From an uncultured virus (IMG/VR IMGVR_UViG_3300012344_000022) (lineage: Duplodnaviria; Heunggongvirae; Uroviricota; Caudoviricetes), in the IMG/VR virus record IMGVR_UViG_3300012344_000022: a stretch of DNA of 20,000 nt; one strand, given 5' to 3'. The notes beneath the pieces were generated by a model that saw only the letters and a list, made by a program, of their open reading frames with translations, was not told where the DNA came from and did not search any database. This document shows positions 16,881 to 20,000 of this stretch, piece after piece. The translations under genes were made by a program, and so were the position numbers. Position 1 is the first letter of the stretch, and each line of letters opens with the position of its first letter.

Positions 16881-18677
16881 ATGGCAAATACTTTCTATTA
16901 TGATGCCTGTAATGTAAATGCGAAGATGACACCATTTCCAGATGCTGAAATAGGTGTGACAAGTATTGATGAAGGTCTCAATTTTTATTCACCGAAAGAT
17001 GAGAATAATGGTAAACTTTTGATGCCTCATTCCATCATGAATGAGAATGTAGCCATAAACTACAGAACAATATATAATGGTTATCCATTATTCTCAAAGG
17101 ACAGTAATTTCACTCAATACAGCGACTATGAAAGATGCATGCAGAAGGATGAATATATTGCGGCATATTTGAGAGACAAGAAAGATCCATCTTATAAGAA
17201 CATACTTTCTTATTATAATTCTGAAAACTTTGACCCATATGGACTTGCAAAATACAGGATGCAGGATTTCATATATTTGAAATACTATAACCAGATACCG
17301 AACAACTATATGGTCACACTCAGGAGATACACCAGACCTTGTGAAGATCATATGTTCGGTCTTGATATGAGTCCAGTTGTGGTAAACAGAATGAATGGAT
17401 ATGCGGATGATTATTTCGCACTTGCCACCGCAGTTACATATATGGGAGAGAAGACGGGAAACAAATTGTCAGATATACTCAAATTCGATTATGGTGCAAA
17501 CTGGGAAGACAAGGAAGGAAAGGTTGAATCATTACAGAATCCAGACGGTGGACTTGCTGCACAATTGAAGAACAGGGGTAGAACAAAAGTATCAGATAGT
17601 ATTCTTGCTGGAGAAGGATTGGATTCAAGTGCATCTATGACATCACAATTGAGATCGATGATAAAGTTTTCAGCACTGACACTGGGTAAGGGAACAAGTG
17701 TGACGGAGGCAATGACAAGTCAGCATGACTTTCCTGAAAATGCATTCAATAACAGATATGGAGAAGAGTTCTATGGTGATGTCAATGTGATAAACAAGGT
17801 GAAGATGAGAAGTAGGGGTATAACTTATTCAAACAATTTCTCTCTCACATTTGAATATTCATTGAAATCATTGAAATGTGTCAATCCCAGAATAGCAATG
17901 ATGGATATACTCTCGAATTTTCTTATTCTTACCGGAAATTATGGTACATTCTGGGGAGGTGCGACAATCTTTTATGGAAACAGAAATATTGCCCCTCAAT
18001 ATGGTAATCCTATGCTTTTGAGACAGGGAAAATATGGAGAATATATAGCAAGTCTTGCAGGAGATGTAAAGGAAGGTTTCAAGAAGATAACTCAAATGGA
18101 TTCAATCAACAGCACAGGAGACTTCTTCAAGGGATTATGGACAGGTGTAAAAAACATAGGTTCTGGATTCTTTCAAAGCCTTGTGGGAAATCTTCTTGGT
18201 GGAAATATAGGTATGGCCGGAGAAGCTCAAGTTGTTCCTGCACTGCTTTCAGGACAACCTTCTGGATTCTGGCATGTAACAGTGGGAAATCCATTGGATC
18301 CGATCGCAATGATGGGAAATATGGCAGTAACAAAGACAACAGTTGAATTCGGGGATATGCTCGGTTATGATGATTTTCCCACTGAAATCAAATTCACGGT
18401 TGATCTTGAACATTGCAGACCGAGGGACAATGCAGGAATAGAGTCTATGTTCAATGCTGGAAAAGGCAGATTCTATGCATTCACAGATGATGACCTGTAT
18501 TCTGCATACCATACTGTTGATTCTATGCAGAACTTCACTGGGGACAAGAACCTTACTGAACAGGAAAGAGACACCACATTTGACAGAACCACTGGACAGG
18601 TGAAAAACTCTCCATCATCACACAAGAAACTTGACAATAACATAATAAAGACAATAGGAGGATTCCTCAATGACTAA
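16881..18677 (+). CDS. Putative baseplate/tail-tube-initiator-like structural protein (598 aa)
   Basis: Long ORF between the spike and a LysM/gp53-like gene. Beta-rich tube-like segments (FSLTFEY; WHVTVGNP..PIAMMGNM..T..TVEFG; DDFPTEIKFTVDL). The function is inferred from context. Confidence 0.55.
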   Translation: MANTFYYDACNVNAKMTPFPDAEIGVTSIDEGLNFYSPKDENNGKLLMPHSIMNENVAINYRTIYNGYPLFSKDSNFTQYSDYERCMQKDEYIAAYLRDKKDPSYKNILSYYNSENFDPYGLAKYRMQDFIYLKYYNQIPNNYMVTLRRYTRPCEDHMFGLDMSPVVVNRMNGYADDYFALATAVTYMGEKTGNKLSDILKFDYGANWEDKEGKVESLQNPDGGLAAQLKNRGRTKVSDSILAGEGLDSSASMTSQLRSMIKFSALTLGKGTSVTEAMTSQHDFPENAFNNRYGEEFYGDVNVINKVKMRSRGITYSNNFSLTFEYSLKSLKCVNPRIAMMDILSNFLILTGNYGTFWGGATIFYGNRNIAPQYGNPMLLRQGKYGEYIASLAGDVKEGFKKITQMDSINSTGDFFKGLWTGVKNIGSGFFQSLVGNLLGGNIGMAGEAQVVPALLSGQPSGFWHVTVGNPLDPIAMMGNMAVTKTTVEFGDMLGYDDFPTEIKFTVDLEHCRPRDNAGIESMFNAGKGRFYAFTDDDLYSAYHTVDSMQNFTGDKNLTEQERDTTFDRTTGQVKNSPSSHKKLDNNIIKTIGGFLND

Positions 18678-19077
18678 ACTGTTTGATACAAAAAGAACAT
18701 ATACCGGATATGATGGAGAGACATATGTGAATATGTCCATACCTGTTGTTGACATAAGCAAACTGAAAGGAAACTCCACAATGAAACTCAATCAGGATGA
18801 GAACGGAAGAATCGACACTTTCGTGTGGAACAATGTGTCGAACAATATGGATATGATTGACATAACGATGTATGCAAACCATATTTTCAATCCATTTGCA
18901 GTGAAGGAAGGAGACCTTCTTTATATACCTATGGACAATGTCAGTGTGTATGAAAGTAATGAAGAACCATCTCTTCCAGACGGGTCAAAACATTCTTCAA
19001 ACTCAACAGGAGAAAAGAAGATGACATATGCGGAGAAAGTTGAATATCTTGCAAGAAAAGGTTTGGGAATAAAATAA
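18670..19077 (+). CDS. Baseplate wedge protein, LysM/gp53-like
   Basis: GRIDTF....IDITMYANHIFNPFAVKEGDLLYIP fits the LysM-like gp53/tail-X pattern. Overlaps the upstream gene by 8 nt. Confidence 0.65.
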   Translation: MTKLFDTKRTYTGYDGETYVNMSIPVVDISKLKGNSTMKLNQDENGRIDTFVWNNVSNNMDMIDITMYANHIFNPFAVKEGDLLYIPMDNVSVYESNEEPSLPDGSKHSSNSTGEKKMTYAEKVEYLARKGLGIK

Positions 19078-19104
19078 AGAGTGATTTATGATAAATCACT
19101 CTTT
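19076..19104. terminator. Bidirectional terminator overlapping both convergent stops
   Basis: Perfect 14-bp inverted repeat aaagagtgatttat-g-ataaatcactcttt. Confidence 0.75.
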
Positions 19105-19772
19105 GTGTTTATATCCTGCAAGAATAATGCCCTTTCATAGTCTCTTCTCTTTTTTGCCCCAGAAAATCTTTTGTTGTTGTAATCATGATCCATATTATTT
19201 ATAATGTTTTCAACATCATAGTTCTTCAATGCCTTTTGAAGTGATGGACTCCCTTTTGTAAATTTCCCATATCCTATGTTATAAAAGAGATCAAACAATG
19301 CATCAAGCTGGTTCTGGGTATACTGTTCTATGTTTGGAACAGCTTCCACAAACTCCTTCACTCTCATAGGTATTGCAGTGTGAAAAAAATATTTGTCTGC
19401 CTGTTCTTTTGTCATTCCATTTGGGTAGTTCTTTTTTAGAAGAGGGGTAATCTTGAATCCCCATCCAGTAGTCTTGTGCCCCTTTCCATCATTCTTCCAC
19501 CCCTGATGCCATCCTTCTGCCGACTTTATATAGTCAAGTATGTCTTCACTGGGATAAAAATCCTTACCCGGATTTGATTTTATATCTTCAACATTTTCAA
19601 TCTTGTCATCTTGTTCATCAGATGATTTATGATTATCATTATAATGATGTATTCCTGTTGCAATTCCAGCAAGTGCGGCAGCAGACAATGCAATGTTCTT
19701 CAATTTGCCTTCTTCTATATTTTCATCACTTTGATTTGCAATGAACTCTTCAAATGTTTTTATTCTATTCAT
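19086..19772 (-). CDS. GH24 (T4/P21-type) lysozyme with an N-terminal extension
   Basis: Catalytic triad E-x8-D-x5-T (AEGWHQGWKNDGKGHKTTGWG), TQNQLDALFDLFYNIG and RRDYERALF. An N-terminal extension of about 70 aa contains an Ala/Gly-rich helix. Confidence 0.9.
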   Translation of the reverse strand: MNRIKTFEEFIANQSDENIEEGKLKNIALSAAALAGIATGIHHYNDNHKSSDEQDDKIENVEDIKSNPGKDFYPSEDILDYIKSAEGWHQGWKNDGKGHKTTGWGFKITPLLKKNYPNGMTKEQADKYFFHTAIPMRVKEFVEAVPNIEQYTQNQLDALFDLFYNIGYGKFTKGSPSLQKALKNYDVENIINNMDHDYNNKRFSGAKKRRDYERALFLQDINTKSDLS

Positions 19773-19885
19773 GATTTACTATTAAACTTATTGAGAATTT
19801 CATCTATAATGTTTATTGTTTTCTTTAATGTTGGTAGATGAACATTAAGTATATATCCATACCCATTATCTTTAACATGTATCAT
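19769..19885 (-). CDS. Possible 38-aa small protein (not in the ORF track)
   Basis: MIHVKDNGYGYILNVHLPTLKKTINIIDEILNKFNSKS. Its TGA overlaps the lysozyme ATG (ATGA), and it is preceded by GATAAATATAAAGAT. Confidence 0.45.
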   Translation of the reverse strand: MIHVKDNGYGYILNVHLPTLKKTINIIDEILNKFNSKS

Positions 19886-19890
19886 ATCTT

Positions 19891-19900
19891 TATATTTATC
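19891..19900 (-). promoter_or_regulatory. Putative late promoter GATAAATATA
   Basis: ATAAATATA core followed by AAGATATG, similar to the arrangement upstream of 11444. Confidence 0.45.
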
Positions 19901-19968
19901 ATAAAATATTTAAAAATAATAGGTTCAGTTCTTTTTATTACCATCATGTACTTGAAACAATAAATAAA

Positions 19969-20000
19969 ATGAATTCCATCAACAAGATGAAGTCATTTGT
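19969..20000 (+). CDS. Possible 5' end of a gene running off the window (MNSINKMKSF...)
   Basis: ATG after the AT-rich aataaataaa; the frame is open to the window end. Too short to assess. Confidence 0.25.
   Translation, partial: MNSINKMKSF

Noticed and set aside
329..19841. Numerous 60-156 aa overlapping or antisense ORFs in the track
   Set aside because: They lie within or opposite well-supported genes and show no recognisable motifs.
1..20000. tRNA, rRNA or structured ncRNA genes
   Set aside because: Intergenic gaps are short (about 100 bp or less) and are accounted for by terminators and promoter-like boxes. No cloverleaf or T-loop signature was seen.

Overview
AT-rich, densely coded 20 kb segment of a large T4-like (jumbo) myophage genome, read in the standard genetic code. 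The host is probably Bacteroidota (inference: AT-rich translation starts without Shine-Dalgarno sites, and a TAnnTTTG box before terL). Left arm (+): dUTPase (5' truncated), gp44/RFC clamp loader, a ClpC/ClpB-like AAA+ protein with a degenerate first ATPase ring, a small hypothetical gene and a gp46/SbcC ATPase. Middle (-): a fibre/adhesin-like cluster, including a CotH-kinase/Ig/lectin-like protein and a repeat-containing fibre protein with a G9 tract, then two paralogues with a conserved N-terminal leader and a T4 gp17-type large terminase. Right: free-standing PD-(D/E)xK homing-type endonuclease, gp5/gpV-like spike, a third leader-family paralogue, two probable baseplate genes and a GH24 lysozyme with an unusual N-terminal extension. 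The most notable signals are: (i) the GILGDIAKRD..KEDDIN leader family, whose leader is 63/67 nt identical between two copies while the bodies have diverged; (ii) a G9 contingency-type tract in a putative fibre gene; (iii) a lysozyme with a T4 capsid-targeting-like propeptide plus a SAR-like helix; (iv) a CotH kinase fused to fibre/adhesin modules; (v) stand-alone mini fibre-module genes. All family assignments come from motif recognition, without database searches.
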